The position numbers were made by a program, and so were the translations under genes. From Fibrobacterales bacterium (lineage in GTDB: Bacteria > Fibrobacterota > Fibrobacteria > Fibrobacterales > JAOPTW01): a DNA stretch of 35,507 bases. The DNA is taken from positions 1-35,507 of the forward strand of contig JAOPTW010000078.1 of assembly GCA_051532035.1 (NCBI GenBank), given 5' to 3'. The notes under the pieces were generated by a model, which was not told the DNA's origin, did no database searches, and saw only the letters and a list, made by a program, of their open reading frames with translations. Shown piece after piece: positions 10,085-19,855 of this stretch (positions are counted from its first letter, which is position 1; each line of letters starts with the position of its first letter).

Positions 10085-12016
10085 ATGCTAAAAAATAAAA
10101 AGCTCAGTACAAAATTATGGAGCCTAGTAGGGATAGCCCTAATAGTAATATCCATTATCGTTAGTTTTTCCGTGTACTCCACCTTTGATACACAATCCAC
10201 CATTTCCAATATGGAGAAAGACGGAACAGTTATAAATATTGCTGGCGCTCAAAGAATGTTGACCCAGAAAATATCCAAACAAGTTGAATGGGTAAATAAT
10301 GGGAAACTTGAACACCTTGATGGCCTTAAGAAAGATATTGATCGCTTTGATAACGTTATCAATGGTCTATTACACGGCAATAATGAATTGCAGCTTATTG
10401 CATCACCCAATGAAAATATTCGCATCGAATTAAAAAAGGTTGAATCCCAGTGGCTGATCTTTAAGGGTCACGTAAGCGACTTAATCTTAAGCTCAACTGA
10501 AGTTGGCCAGGCAATTGAGTATATAATAAACAATAATGTTTTACTTTTTAACATGGCCAACGATGCAGTAATGACTCTGGGTAAAAATAACGAAAATTCC
10601 GAAACCATTGCTTTAGCAGGGAGGCTCAGAGCGCTCTCACAACGAACCACTAAGGCGGCATGCCTTCTTAATAGTGGTGATAAAAACTCTCTGGACGAGC
10701 TTATTAAATTCTCCAACATGTATGAATCTCTTCTGCTTGCTCTATTAAATGGATCAAGTGACATTACCAAGGTCACTGATTCTGAAGGCCGTACAAAACT
10801 CGACATTCTGAGAAAGAAACAAATACCGTTCATGCAGGCACTGAGAGTAATAGAGGCCAAGGCTCCCATTAAAAATATTGCTCTTGATTACATCCGTGGA
10901 AATAACATTCCACTCCTTAAACAAATGAACCTCTCAGTTGGCGCTTGGGCAGATTACTCACAAGGTAATATAGTCTCTCTCGTAAACTCACTCAAACAAA
11001 GTCTGTTGTTTCAGATCATTATTGCTTTTGCTGGAGGCATTGGATTTAGCCTTCTTGCATTTTTAATAATTAAGGCAACTACACTATCACTCAATAATAT
11101 TATTGAAAATCTCCAAAGCGGCTCCCTTGAGGTATCTTCCGCATCATCAGAAATTGCACGGTCGAGTCAAAACCTTGCAGATAGTGCATCAACCCAGGCC
11201 TCTGGTATAGAAGAGATATCTGCGAGTCTTACTGAAACCTCCTCTATGACAGAACAAAATGCTAAAACATCAAAAGACGCAAGTTCCCTTTCTATTGAAA
11301 CGAAAAACATTACCAATACCGGCCTGGAAGCAATGAAGCATATGACTCAAGCCGTAACGGACATAAAAGTTTCAAGTGATGAAACAGCAAAAATTGTGAA
11401 AACAATTAATGAAATAGCATTTCAGACCAACCTTCTTGCACTGAATGCTGCAGTTGAAGCAGCCCGAGCCGGAGATGCTGGCAAAGGTTTTGCTGTTGTT
11501 GCCGAAGAGGTTCGCAATCTTGCCCAGAGAAGTGCACAGGCCGCCAATGACACCACCGAGCTTATTGAACAGTCAATTGAACGAGCTGACCAAGGTGTAC
11601 TCGCTTCTAAAAAAGTACAGGACATCTTAGAACGTACTGCTCAATCTGTTGAAAAAATCAATACACTGATTGCCGATGTTTCTTCTGCAAGTAACGAACA
11701 GTCACAAGGTATACAGCAAATTCATGACGGCATGTCTTCTATGGAAACCTCTATTCAGTCCAATGCTGCCACAGCAGAAGAGTCAGCAAGCGCAAGTGAA
11801 GAACTCTCTGCTCAAGCTGAAATTTTGAATAGTATGGTTGTTGAGTTAACCCATGTTGTTAAGGGTGCCTCTCAGTCGAATCTGGCTTCACCTCAGTATG
11901 AGCCTGAAATACACCAAGTCCGCCACCTCCCACCACCATCACAAGTGAAGCAACCAAACATTATAAATGAACAAAAAGTAACTGACATTAAAAATGAAAA
12001 TTTTATGGATTTTTAA
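10085..12016 (+). CDS. Methyl-accepting chemotaxis protein with tandem PilJ/NarX-like sensor domains
   Basis: Two TM helices, [13 protein letters not shown] and [13 protein letters not shown] boxes, MCP signature [35 protein letters not shown]-terminal NFMDF pentapeptide. Confidence 0.93.
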   Translation: MLKNKKLSTKLWSLVGIALIVISIIVSFSVYSTFDTQSTISNMEKDGTVINIAGAQRMLTQKISKQVEWVNNGKLEHLDGLKKDIDRFDNVINGLLHGNNELQLIASPNENIRIELKKVESQWLIFKGHVSDLILSSTEVGQAIEYIINNNVLLFNMANDAVMTLGKNNENSETIALAGRLRALSQRTTKAACLLNSGDKNSLDELIKFSNMYESLLLALLNGSSDITKVTDSEGRTKLDILRKKQIPFMQALRVIEAKAPIKNIALDYIRGNNIPLLKQMNLSVGAWADYSQGNIVSLVNSLKQSLLFQIIIAFAGGIGFSLLAFLIIKATTLSLNNIIENLQSGSLEVSSASSEIARSSQNLADSASTQASGIEEISASLTETSSMTEQNAKTSKDASSLSIETKNITNTGLEAMKHMTQAVTDIKVSSDETAKIVKTINEIAFQTNLLALNAAVEAARAGDAGKGFAVVAEEVRNLAQRSAQAANDTTELIEQSIERADQGVLASKKVQDILERTAQSVEKINTLIADVSSASNEQSQGIQQIHDGMSSMETSIQSNAATAEESASASEELSAQAEILNSMVVELTHVVKGASQSNLASPQYEPEIHQVRHLPPPSQVKQPNIINEQKVTDIKNENFMDF

Positions 12017-12029
12017 AAGAGTACCAATG

Positions 12030-12075
12030 CCGTAAAAGATAATACCACATTTAAACGAGTATCTTTTACGGTTTT
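12030..12075 (+). terminator. Inverted repeat (terminator or operator) between MCP and NAT genes
   Basis: CCGTAAAAGATA-N18-TATCTTTTACGG followed by TTTT. Confidence 0.5.
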
Positions 12076-12133
12076 GATCATTTACGACATCTTTTTTAAA
12101 TCCCCTTATTGAAATACTACATTTACCATTCAT

Positions 12134-12934
12134 ATGGAAAAATTTTACTCTTACTTTAAATCTCTTGATATTACACTACAAGAACCATCTCTGAGCCTGG
12201 TTTCTGAGTTACAAAAAAAACATCTATCCAACTATTGCTTCAATAACTTAGCAGTGTTACTCGACTGGCCACTATCAATACAGATCGAAGGCATTGTCGA
12301 TAAAATTGTACATAAGTATTTGGGAGGCTATTGTTTTGAGCATAACAAACTCTTTCATGATGTTTTATACTCTCTTGGTTTTGATGTGCGTTGTCTCATT
12401 GCTAAAGTAGTGAATAATCAAAGTATTGACCCTCCCAGAACCCACCGTATTACGCTACTCAATATTGATGATGTACAGTACATTGTTGATGTGGGCTTTG
12501 GTCCGAACAGCATAAGAGAGCCCGTAAAAATCGAAGATGGCTTTGTCTCTCAACAAGATGATATAACGTATAGAATTACTGTTAATGCACACAATGACTT
12601 TCAACTTGAATTACTCAAGGAGAACAGGCCTTTTGTACTCTACACCTTTGATCTCTATCGATATACTGAGACAGACTGTGTAATGGGCAACTTCTACTCG
12701 TGTAAACACCCTAAAGCTGTTTTTGTAAACAATCTCGTACTGTCACGCATCCTCCCCGATGTCACCCTCTCATTTAGGAATGATCAATATCACAAAATTC
12801 GTAAAGAGACCACTGAAGTAATTCACATAGAGAGCGCTATTCAGTTGAAAACGATAATCGAAGATGACTTTCAAATAGCACTCACTCCTGACGAGGCTCA
12901 GGTACTATTCAAGGTTACTAAGGCCATTACTTAA
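12134..12934 (+). CDS. Arylamine N-acetyltransferase family protein
   Basis: GGYCFEHN (catalytic Cys), TH and VDVGFG complete the Cys-His-Asp triad. 266 aa. Confidence 0.92.
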   Translation: MEKFYSYFKSLDITLQEPSLSLVSELQKKHLSNYCFNNLAVLLDWPLSIQIEGIVDKIVHKYLGGYCFEHNKLFHDVLYSLGFDVRCLIAKVVNNQSIDPPRTHRITLLNIDDVQYIVDVGFGPNSIREPVKIEDGFVSQQDDITYRITVNAHNDFQLELLKENRPFVLYTFDLYRYTETDCVMGNFYSCKHPKAVFVNNLVLSRILPDVTLSFRNDQYHKIRKETTEVIHIESAIQLKTIIEDDFQIALTPDEAQVLFKVTKAIT

Positions 12935-13964
12935 CAACCATTCTATCCCAACAATCAAAACCAAGACCCATCATCTGTTCTTCAGTAATATCAACAAACT
13001 CCACAACCGTGGTATCAGCTTGTGTTATCACTCTACCCGCTGAATAAAAGGCCCTACTCTCTTCGGTACAGCAATCTCGTGCATATTCATACTTAAATTC
13101 TACTGAATCGAATAAAACACTATGACTAAATTCATCGAAATTGCTCTGAGTAGATAAAATAGGTTCAAAGGAAAATCCAGTATTGTCCCCATAGCCAACA
13201 TACCCATCGTCACCAGTCAGCGTTGCCCCTTCTATAACGATATAATAGTCACCGGCTAATGTCTTTGAAAGGGCCTTAACCAAAATCGTCTCTGATGTAT
13301 TAGTATATCCAGGTAAGAGTGTACATTGATTAATGACAGGCACCATCTCAACACCTCCACTAAAACTATCATTTAACCCGTCGTACACCGCCTTCGATGA
13401 ACTCCCGTTTTGGGTAACCAAATGTACTTCTTGAGAATGTACTATCGATTGACTTGATGGAAGCTTAGGAAAAGTAGCGATATACAAACCGTCATCATCA
13501 ACCTCAAGAGTGATATCGTAAAAATAAGCCTCGACAACAGTACTATCCCCCACCTTAATCCGGTTAATGAGCAAGGGATAAAAATTGAGAGTATCTATAA
13601 CATAGTGAGCGTTACTCGGCATCAACTCTATATGGCGATAGAGCGCCCCTATAGAATCTCTCATTGTCATGATGTCATACTCCCCATACGGGATATCATC
13701 AAACACAAATCTTCCCAAACTATCAATAGTTGTGGATGCAAATTTCACTCGCGGCGTATCAGTCTCATAGAGCCAGAGCTCCATGCCCGATTGAGACTCC
13801 TCACGTTTAAATGCAATAGGTGTTACCACTTCGGCTACAGGATTATCAATAGAAGTACTTCCACTAATACTCCCCTTTCCATCGATCTCGTCACTGGCAA
13901 GACTACACCCAGTCACTGACAAAAACCACAATAGCCCTATTGCCATTACACTAAGCCGAATCAC
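12927..13964 (-). CDS. Lipoprotein with transthyretin/carboxypeptidase-regulatory-like domain, coupled to the TIGR02147 gene
   Basis: Lipobox VTGC, TIDSLGRFVFDDIPYGEY motif. The GTG start overlaps the upstream TGA (GTGA). Confidence 0.75.
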   Translation of the reverse strand: MIRLSVMAIGLLWFLSVTGCSLASDEIDGKGSISGSTSIDNPVAEVVTPIAFKREESQSGMELWLYETDTPRVKFASTTIDSLGRFVFDDIPYGEYDIMTMRDSIGALYRHIELMPSNAHYVIDTLNFYPLLINRIKVGDSTVVEAYFYDITLEVDDDGLYIATFPKLPSSQSIVHSQEVHLVTQNGSSSKAVYDGLNDSFSGGVEMVPVINQCTLLPGYTNTSETILVKALSKTLAGDYYIVIEGATLTGDDGYVGYGDNTGFSFEPILSTQSNFDEFSHSVLFDSVEFKYEYARDCCTEESRAFYSAGRVITQADTTVVEFVDITEEQMMGLGFDCWDRMVVK

Positions 13965-14806
13965 ACGTTCACCTTTTGTGTTTCAGTTGAGTTTGCCAAA
14001 GGAAAATACTGCATATTACACTGACAAACCGTTTCGATCGGTTCATTGCGATTCAAGATAGTATCAATTTTTTCTCGACACTCTTTTAGAGCTGCATCAA
14101 TTTCTCGATAAGACTCATGCGAAACCCCAGCCGTTATCGTGACAATATACCGCTCTTCAGGTGTAAATGCATGGAGCGCGCGCTCTCCCATCCCAATCAT
14201 TTTTTTGATATGATTACTCACCGCCTGACTCACATGATTATTATCAGTACGAAGTCGACGATTCGTTTGCCCGTACGAACCGTCTTCTTCGTTCTCTTCA
14301 ATCAATTGAAGCTTTAATAATAATTTGACTGAGCTCTGTACATCTCTGACGGAGATTGGAGGAGAAAGCATTTTACCCAATTTGTGAAAATCCCCCCTGA
14401 AAACCTTACTACACACCATCTCTCGTATAACCGGATGATACCATTGACTAAAGTAGTTATAGGTATCCAACTCCAAGGTGAATACATCAGGATTTATCAA
14501 CTGTTCAATAGATCGCATTATGGTATCGATCTCTTTCTCATCTTTAATATGCTTGAGCTGAACGAGGAGTTTAAAATAGCGTTCCTCACTCTCTTTTTGT
14601 GTGACTAAGGGTGCTATCTTACCGTAAGAGCCTACAGAAAGTGTTTTTTTTCCGGTAAACACTTTATGTACATAGCCTTTAGAGCTAATCCCTGCTTTTT
14701 GGGCAAGTCGTTGATAGGATACACGCCGATCACTTGATTTGGCATCTTTAATCCAATCAGATAAAAAGGTCTGGTAATCCAGATAATTAAAAATTGATAC
14801 TCTCAT
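13961..14806 (-). CDS. TIGR02147 family protein (N-terminal HTH-like domain plus DUF4423-like domain)
   Basis: IFNYLDYQTFLSDW...SYQRLAQKAGISSKGY...YFSQWYHPVIRE...CQCNMQYFPL matches the Fibrobacter paralogous family pattern as I recognise it. Confidence 0.88.
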   Translation of the reverse strand: MRVSIFNYLDYQTFLSDWIKDAKSSDRRVSYQRLAQKAGISSKGYVHKVFTGKKTLSVGSYGKIAPLVTQKESEERYFKLLVQLKHIKDEKEIDTIMRSIEQLINPDVFTLELDTYNYFSQWYHPVIREMVCSKVFRGDFHKLGKMLSPPISVRDVQSSVKLLLKLQLIEENEEDGSYGQTNRRLRTDNNHVSQAVSNHIKKMIGMGERALHAFTPEERYIVTITAGVSHESYREIDAALKECREKIDTILNRNEPIETVCQCNMQYFPLANSTETQKVNV

Positions 14807-14844
14807 ATCACAAACTTAACAATCAGTACATCAAGAATAAATGG

Positions 14845-14927
14845 TGGTATACAAATATCATCAATTAAACCCCAAATACTGTCTTTTTGGTATACGATTT
14901 ACCCAAAAATATTAAAATTTGGTATAC
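14845..14927. repeat. Three phased TGGTATAC boxes upstream of the TIGR02147 gene
   Basis: Exact copies at 14845-14852, 14888-14895 and 14920-14927, spaced 43 and 32 bp. Confidence 0.75.
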
Positions 14928-14944
14928 GTTTATCTGCTAAAACA

Positions 14945-14971
14945 AAAAAAGGGACACAATACGTGCCCCCC
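14945..14971 (-). terminator. Rho-independent terminator of the DUF6345-like operon
   Basis: Minus strand GGGGCAC-GTATT-GTGTCCC-TTTTTTT. Confidence 0.75.
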
Positions 14972-14991
14972 ATTCCTTATAATTTCCACTA

Positions 14992-15954
14992 CTATCTCTT
15001 TAAACGAGCCCTGATATCATAGTATTTCACTCTGCTCTTCTTCCCGTTCTTGCTTTGTGCCTGAAGAGGGATTTTCACTTGATATGAATAACTCGGTTCT
15101 AGGGTAATTACTCCATCAATGGGATTTTTTACAGGAAGCCAACTTAACGCAATCCCCTCGACCTTACTATTTGCTACTTCGCCCAAATTCGCCCCAAGAT
15201 CTTCAGTCAACACCCCCTGAAGCTCAAACAAACCCTCATTGAGTGTTTGTAATTGATATTCACCTTTGGGAGTAAATTCAGGCCATCGTAATTTAATTTC
15301 CTCTAGATTACCACCTCTATCAAACCAGACTTCTGCAAATGAAAGATTGAAGCGCACAATGCCTCCATTATGTACTCTACGAAAGCGTACTCCATATCGC
15401 ACAACCTCTTCTGTCTCTTCAGCCACCAGAGAAGCATTAATGGGCAATTGCGCCATGGTCTCATGTGCAATAGTTTCAAACTCCAATTCATCAGCAAAAG
15501 CAGAAAGCTGTGTTGTGAGTATCACCTCTGCATGCCTTCGAGCATCTTTAGAGCTAAAAAGTTTGACAACACCTTTTCTTTTTTCCTTTGGTGAGAAATG
15601 AAACATCTTTGAGTGAGAATCATAACCCACATTCACGGTTAACTTTCCTCCACCTTGAGACAATAATTGAGTCATAGATGTTTTATCAAGGGCATATTCT
15701 GCACGATACCCTGATACCACACTTTTACGCCACGCCCCAACACTTAGTACTTTTGAATCACTCTGAGGTATTGCCTGATAAGCCCCAGAGCCTAGTTGAG
15801 TATAGGTATCTATTTCTTGGGCCGCCTCTAGACCTGAACGATGCTGCTTTCCCTCATTTTGATAAAAATCCGTAATAAACGCTTCACTCTCTGGCGACAA
15901 TTGCTGAGCCGAAAGTGAGATAATACTGGTCAATAAAATAATTATTAATTTCAT
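14992..15954 (-). CDS. Secreted hypothetical protein, putative PepSY/FTP-like partner of the DUF6345-like protein
   Basis: Signal peptide MKLIIILLTSIISLSA, GGAG RBS 11 bp after the upstream stop, motifs YGVRFRRVHNG...EVWFDRGG and LEPSYSY. Confidence 0.7.
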   Translation of the reverse strand: MKLIIILLTSIISLSAQQLSPESEAFITDFYQNEGKQHRSGLEAAQEIDTYTQLGSGAYQAIPQSDSKVLSVGAWRKSVVSGYRAEYALDKTSMTQLLSQGGGKLTVNVGYDSHSKMFHFSPKEKRKGVVKLFSSKDARRHAEVILTTQLSAFADELEFETIAHETMAQLPINASLVAEETEEVVRYGVRFRRVHNGGIVRFNLSFAEVWFDRGGNLEEIKLRWPEFTPKGEYQLQTLNEGLFELQGVLTEDLGANLGEVANSKVEGIALSWLPVKNPIDGVITLEPSYSYQVKIPLQAQSKNGKKSRVKYYDIRARLKR

Positions 15955-15965
15955 AACAATACTCC

Positions 15966-16796
15966 TTAATAGGTTGGGGTTCCATAAACAACGGTGTTAC
16001 GCGCAATATACTGCCGCGCAGTCCCAATAGCTCTACTATTATATACGTTCGAAAATTTCTCTTCAGCTCCATTAAAAGCAACGCCATCTGCTGTCCCCAT
16101 TACATAGACAACTTTAATCTCTTCCGACCAACCTAAATCTTGATAAATTTCTGAGTACACAGCCGCTTTATAGGCCTCCCACATACTCTTGCCTTGAACA
16201 ACCCACTGATAACTCCACTCAGCCCACTTATCATAAGAATTATCGTTCCCTGCAAACCCTGTTGGGGAAGAAGAGTTATAACCAAAAATAGCGTGCAGCC
16301 CATTAAATGCCGGCAGTAATTCAGTGAGTGATCGACGCAAGGAAAATGATGCATCATAAAAGAGCCATTTAGTATATGATCCTCCATAAGCTTTATCAGT
16401 AGGGGCAACAACCCCTCCATCGTATGTAATAGGACCAAGGGTACGCCTACCTCCGTCGTATGTACCACTCGGATCTATAGCATTACGGCCAGCAAAAAAG
16501 ACAAACTCAGAACTGTTTGAAGTAGTCCCTGTCATATAACTTTTTGTTACCGCTGCATCTTTATACTTATGGTTCGATTGATTACTCATTACTCTCGCTC
16601 CTGCAATAGATGCACGAGAATAAAGATTATCGACAAACGCATCAGTATGTTCGTGACTCCGATCCAGAGGTGCATATCCTGCTGGAATATAATTTTCTAT
16701 CGAAAAAGAGGTTATCCAAGCGTACTCAAGTGCACCCCACCCTCCTGCGGTAAGAACAGAGCATAAGCTCAATACCAACAATGGTATTTTCATCAT
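15966..16796 (-). CDS. Secreted DUF6345-like (clan CD peptidase-like fold) protein with degenerate catalytic positions
   Basis: Signal peptide and motifs EFVFFAGRN, TKWLFYDASFSL, AFNGLHAIFGY, GKSMWEAY. Confidence 0.65.
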   Translation of the reverse strand: MMKIPLLVLSLCSVLTAGGWGALEYAWITSFSIENYIPAGYAPLDRSHEHTDAFVDNLYSRASIAGARVMSNQSNHKYKDAAVTKSYMTGTTSNSSEFVFFAGRNAIDPSGTYDGGRRTLGPITYDGGVVAPTDKAYGGSYTKWLFYDASFSLRRSLTELLPAFNGLHAIFGYNSSSPTGFAGNDNSYDKWAEWSYQWVVQGKSMWEAYKAAVYSEIYQDLGWSEEIKVVYVMGTADGVAFNGAEEKFSNVYNSRAIGTARQYIARNTVVYGTPTY

Positions 16797-16827
16797 ATTG
16801 TGACCCTTTTATTTGGTTGTAAATTGG

Positions 16828-16866
16828 TTGTTGCAAAACTTGATACTCCTTCAAGTTTTGCAACAA
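16828..16866. repeat. Perfect 16-bp inverted repeat in the 5' region of the DUF6345-like gene
   Basis: TTGTTGCAAAACTTGA-tactcct-TCAAGTTTTGCAACAA. Confidence 0.9.
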
Positions 16867-16987
16867 AGTATAGTCATTACTTTTTTTGAATCCCAAATAA
16901 TTGTAATGAATCAAAAGAATGCTTAAAAAATGTTTTTTATGCTTCTCTTCAGCACTGAACATCTACCACGAACAAAACACTAGCCAC

Positions 16988-17088
16988 TGGTATACAGACT
17001 AACACAACAATAGGCAGAATCTACCTGTTATGGGGACAATAGAACGATGTCACAAAAGATTGTTTTATAATAACCCCAAATGGTATAC
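16988..17088. repeat. Two further TGGTATAC(AG) boxes upstream of the DUF6345-like operon
   Basis: Copies at 16988-16995 and 17081-17088, in the same orientation as those at 14845-14927. Confidence 0.65.
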
Positions 17089-17190
17089 AGTAGCGCACTG
17101 AATAATGCTTAAAATTAAAGCAACTCACATATTAACCCTTTGAAGGCATTTTTGAATGAAACCTATTCACCACAATACAACATGGTTTTG

Positions 17191-17817
17191 CTAAGTCATA
17201 TCATTCAATACAGTATCCAAATCCTGAATGATGTTCTCTTTACGCTGCTCAGAATCATTAAAAAAACCAAACACATACTGTTCTACTGCAACGAGCAACA
17301 TAAGAACAATACCCAGGGCCCCCACATACTTTAATTTAATTGACACCATTTCACCATTTGAGGCAATAAGAAGTAAAACGCCAGAAACCCCAATGATACC
17401 AATGCACTTCAACACCATTTTTCTACCCAATTTGGGTTTCAGGTCGTTAATTACCATCACTATAAAGTTTCTAGAATAGCATCCGTTACTTTTGAGCCAT
17501 AGCCTCATCTGTAACAACCGGTACCTATGATATTCTTTTGCATTCCGAAAAAGTGGTGTTTCACATTTAAGGCCCGTTCGCCCTTCCGCCTCTCTCTTCA
17601 AGTATTGATTCAGTAACAAAATCTGCACTCCAGCGATAGGCCCCAACAATATTAAACTCACCATACTACTTCCACCGAGTGCAATAAACCCCAACCAAAG
17701 AAGAGGAAGAGGTATACTCAAGAGATAACACCAACATCCCTTTCCTGCTGAAAATTCAATGGTTTGATAATACAGGTATAACTTATCTGACTTCTCGTTT
17801 CTCATATATGTCCTCAT
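17191..17817 (-). CDS. Hypothetical membrane protein (about 4 TM segments)
   Basis: ORF 17191..17880. ATG at 17817 preceded by GAGGA. Two pairs of hydrophobic helices. Confidence 0.6.
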   Translation of the reverse strand: MRTYMRNEKSDKLYLYYQTIEFSAGKGCWCYLLSIPLPLLWLGFIALGGSSMVSLILLGPIAGVQILLLNQYLKREAEGRTGLKCETPLFRNAKEYHRYRLLQMRLWLKSNGCYSRNFIVMVINDLKPKLGRKMVLKCIGIIGVSGVLLLIASNGEMVSIKLKYVGALGIVLMLLVAVEQYVFGFFNDSEQRKENIIQDLDTVLNDMT

Positions 17818-18120
17818 CACATATTCCTCTATAGGTAAAATGGTAATCAATGCACTGCACTCTGAGTATCGCTTATTCAATAGCCCATAAATATCCGTAG
17901 ACTGAAGCGACGTTTCGTATACTGAATAGCACTTCTAAAATCAAAAAGCACAAATTTTGTACACAACGCCAAGGGCTATTCTTACCAAAAGAAACAATTT
18001 AGCCCCTCAATTATCTCTGGATTTTAGCAAGTTTATAGATAAGCAACAACACAACAACAAGTATTCTGATACCACTTCCGCACAAAAGTGGTTCAAATTC
18101 GATACTTCAGAGGGACACCA

Positions 18121-19782
18121 ATGACGTTCAAACCACACTGTATAGCGCAAGTTCTATCTATACTGGTCATCACTTTTTTACCCAGTACACTCTTCTCACA
18201 AGAGACCGAAGCCCCTAAAGATTGGCGGGCTGGAGAAATTCAATCAATCTCTGAATTCGAATACGGAAAATTCAGTTCTCGCATCTATTGTTCGAGTGTT
18301 ACGGGGACCATCTCTACCTTTTTTCTCTTTGCCAACCTAGGCTGGTCGCCTGAAGATAATTGGCAAGAGATTGATTTTGAAATGTTTGGAAAAGACGGCG
18401 CTCATAAATGGCAGACCAATGTGATATTTCAAAACAGCCCTACGAGTAACAATACAATGAATGAAAAACACCAACACACCGAGTTTAGCCTAGGAGAAGG
18501 GTGGCACACCTTCACTATCGAGTGGTCTCCCGAAAAGATTCTATGGCTTATAGATGGCGATGAGTACGACCGTTTTGAAGAGGGCAACGCTTTGGGTATC
18601 ATTAATGGCCCTCTGAAAATGATGTTTAATCTGTGGACTCATATTGGGGGCTGGGAGCCGGCTGGCGATATCGATGAAAACAATACTCCCGCCTATCAAT
18701 TTATGGATTGGGTTGCCTACTACCCACACACTGGTGGCCACACTTTTGCCAAAGAGCCCTCCTTTTTTGATGACTTCAACGATCTCGACAACTGGTCAGT
18801 TTCGACTCACTCATGGAAAGAGAACCGCGCTACCTTCGACACCAACAACGTCGGTATTCTAAATGAAGATATCGCCGTGCTCGCCCTCTCCTATAAAACG
18901 GGTACAGGTATTAGCGAATTTCACCCAGCAAAACTTTCAGAAGACACCACCTATACCCTCTCAACCAATAATGGCAGTGACTGTATTACGGTATCTGAAG
19001 AAGAGACTATTGCCCTTGAGCCTTGTACTAATAATGGGACACAAATCTGGCAATTTACGTATGCACATGAAGGATACCACTATTTGACTCATATTCTTAC
19101 CGGCAAAACCTTAGGAGCGGACGGGACAACGGTAACCCTTTCCGATACCCAGAATGATGATCAACAGTTTCGTATTATCTGGGTAAAAGGCTCAAACAAC
19201 CACCACCTCTTCCCCAAAAGCTCTATTACCGCAGAGAAAGGAGAGCGACTCAGAAGTGATGGAAGTGAACTCACCATTGGCGGTGAGGGTGCAGAAACCC
19301 TCTTTGCCATTACAGCAGCAGAAGCAATCATTGAGTCATCTGCAGAGTCTTTGCCAGAGTCGTCATTTAACCCAGATATAAGTGCATCGTCATCAACTCC
19401 TGCCGACCCAACAGAACTCTCATCAAGTAGTCAAGACACTCCAGAAAGTAGCTACGATGATGCATGGTCGTCTGAAGAATACGATGATGAGATAGATGAA
19501 CGAGAATCAAGTGAAACCAACCAAGAGAGTAGCCTCCAAGAGTTGGCACCACTTCTGACAACGAGTCACCTTCCCATCTCAATGGTACAGAGTTCGGGTG
19601 CTGTCACGATTTTTAATGGTAAATATGCAATTGAACTTTTTACTCTACAGGGTACAGCACTTACTCCTGAACGAGGTAATAGTTCCACAACTTATACGGG
19701 ACTTGAATCAGGGATCTACATTGCACGCATGACCGACAGAAAAAACAAGACAAGTTCTCTCACGGCGCTTCACATTCGATAA
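18121..19782 (+). CDS. GH16 beta-glucanase (circularly permuted lichenase-type) with ricin/CBM13-like domain and T9SS-like C-terminal domain
   Basis: ATG at 18121, signal peptide, EIDFE catalytic motif, YGKF, WHTFTIEWSP, ricin-like C...C/QIW/QQF repeats, Ser/Glu linker, ELFTLQG...SGIYI. Confidence 0.9.
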   Translation: MTFKPHCIAQVLSILVITFLPSTLFSQETEAPKDWRAGEIQSISEFEYGKFSSRIYCSSVTGTISTFFLFANLGWSPEDNWQEIDFEMFGKDGAHKWQTNVIFQNSPTSNNTMNEKHQHTEFSLGEGWHTFTIEWSPEKILWLIDGDEYDRFEEGNALGIINGPLKMMFNLWTHIGGWEPAGDIDENNTPAYQFMDWVAYYPHTGGHTFAKEPSFFDDFNDLDNWSVSTHSWKENRATFDTNNVGILNEDIAVLALSYKTGTGISEFHPAKLSEDTTYTLSTNNGSDCITVSEEETIALEPCTNNGTQIWQFTYAHEGYHYLTHILTGKTLGADGTTVTLSDTQNDDQQFRIIWVKGSNNHHLFPKSSITAEKGERLRSDGSELTIGGEGAETLFAITAAEAIIESSAESLPESSFNPDISASSSTPADPTELSSSSQDTPESSYDDAWSSEEYDDEIDERESSETNQESSLQELAPLLTTSHLPISMVQSSGAVTIFNGKYAIELFTLQGTALTPERGNSSTTYTGLESGIYIARMTDRKNKTSSLTALHIR

Positions 19783-19816
19783 TTCACTACTCAACAATTG
19801 ATTGCACTTAAAAATT

Positions 19817-19850
19817 ACCCTCTCTTAGATAGATTCTAAGGGAAGGTTTT
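19817..19850 (+). terminator. Terminator between convergent genes
   Basis: ACCCTCTCTTAGA-TAGAT-TCTAAGGGAAGGT imperfect stem followed by TTT. Confidence 0.55.
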
Positions 19851-19855
19851 ATCTA

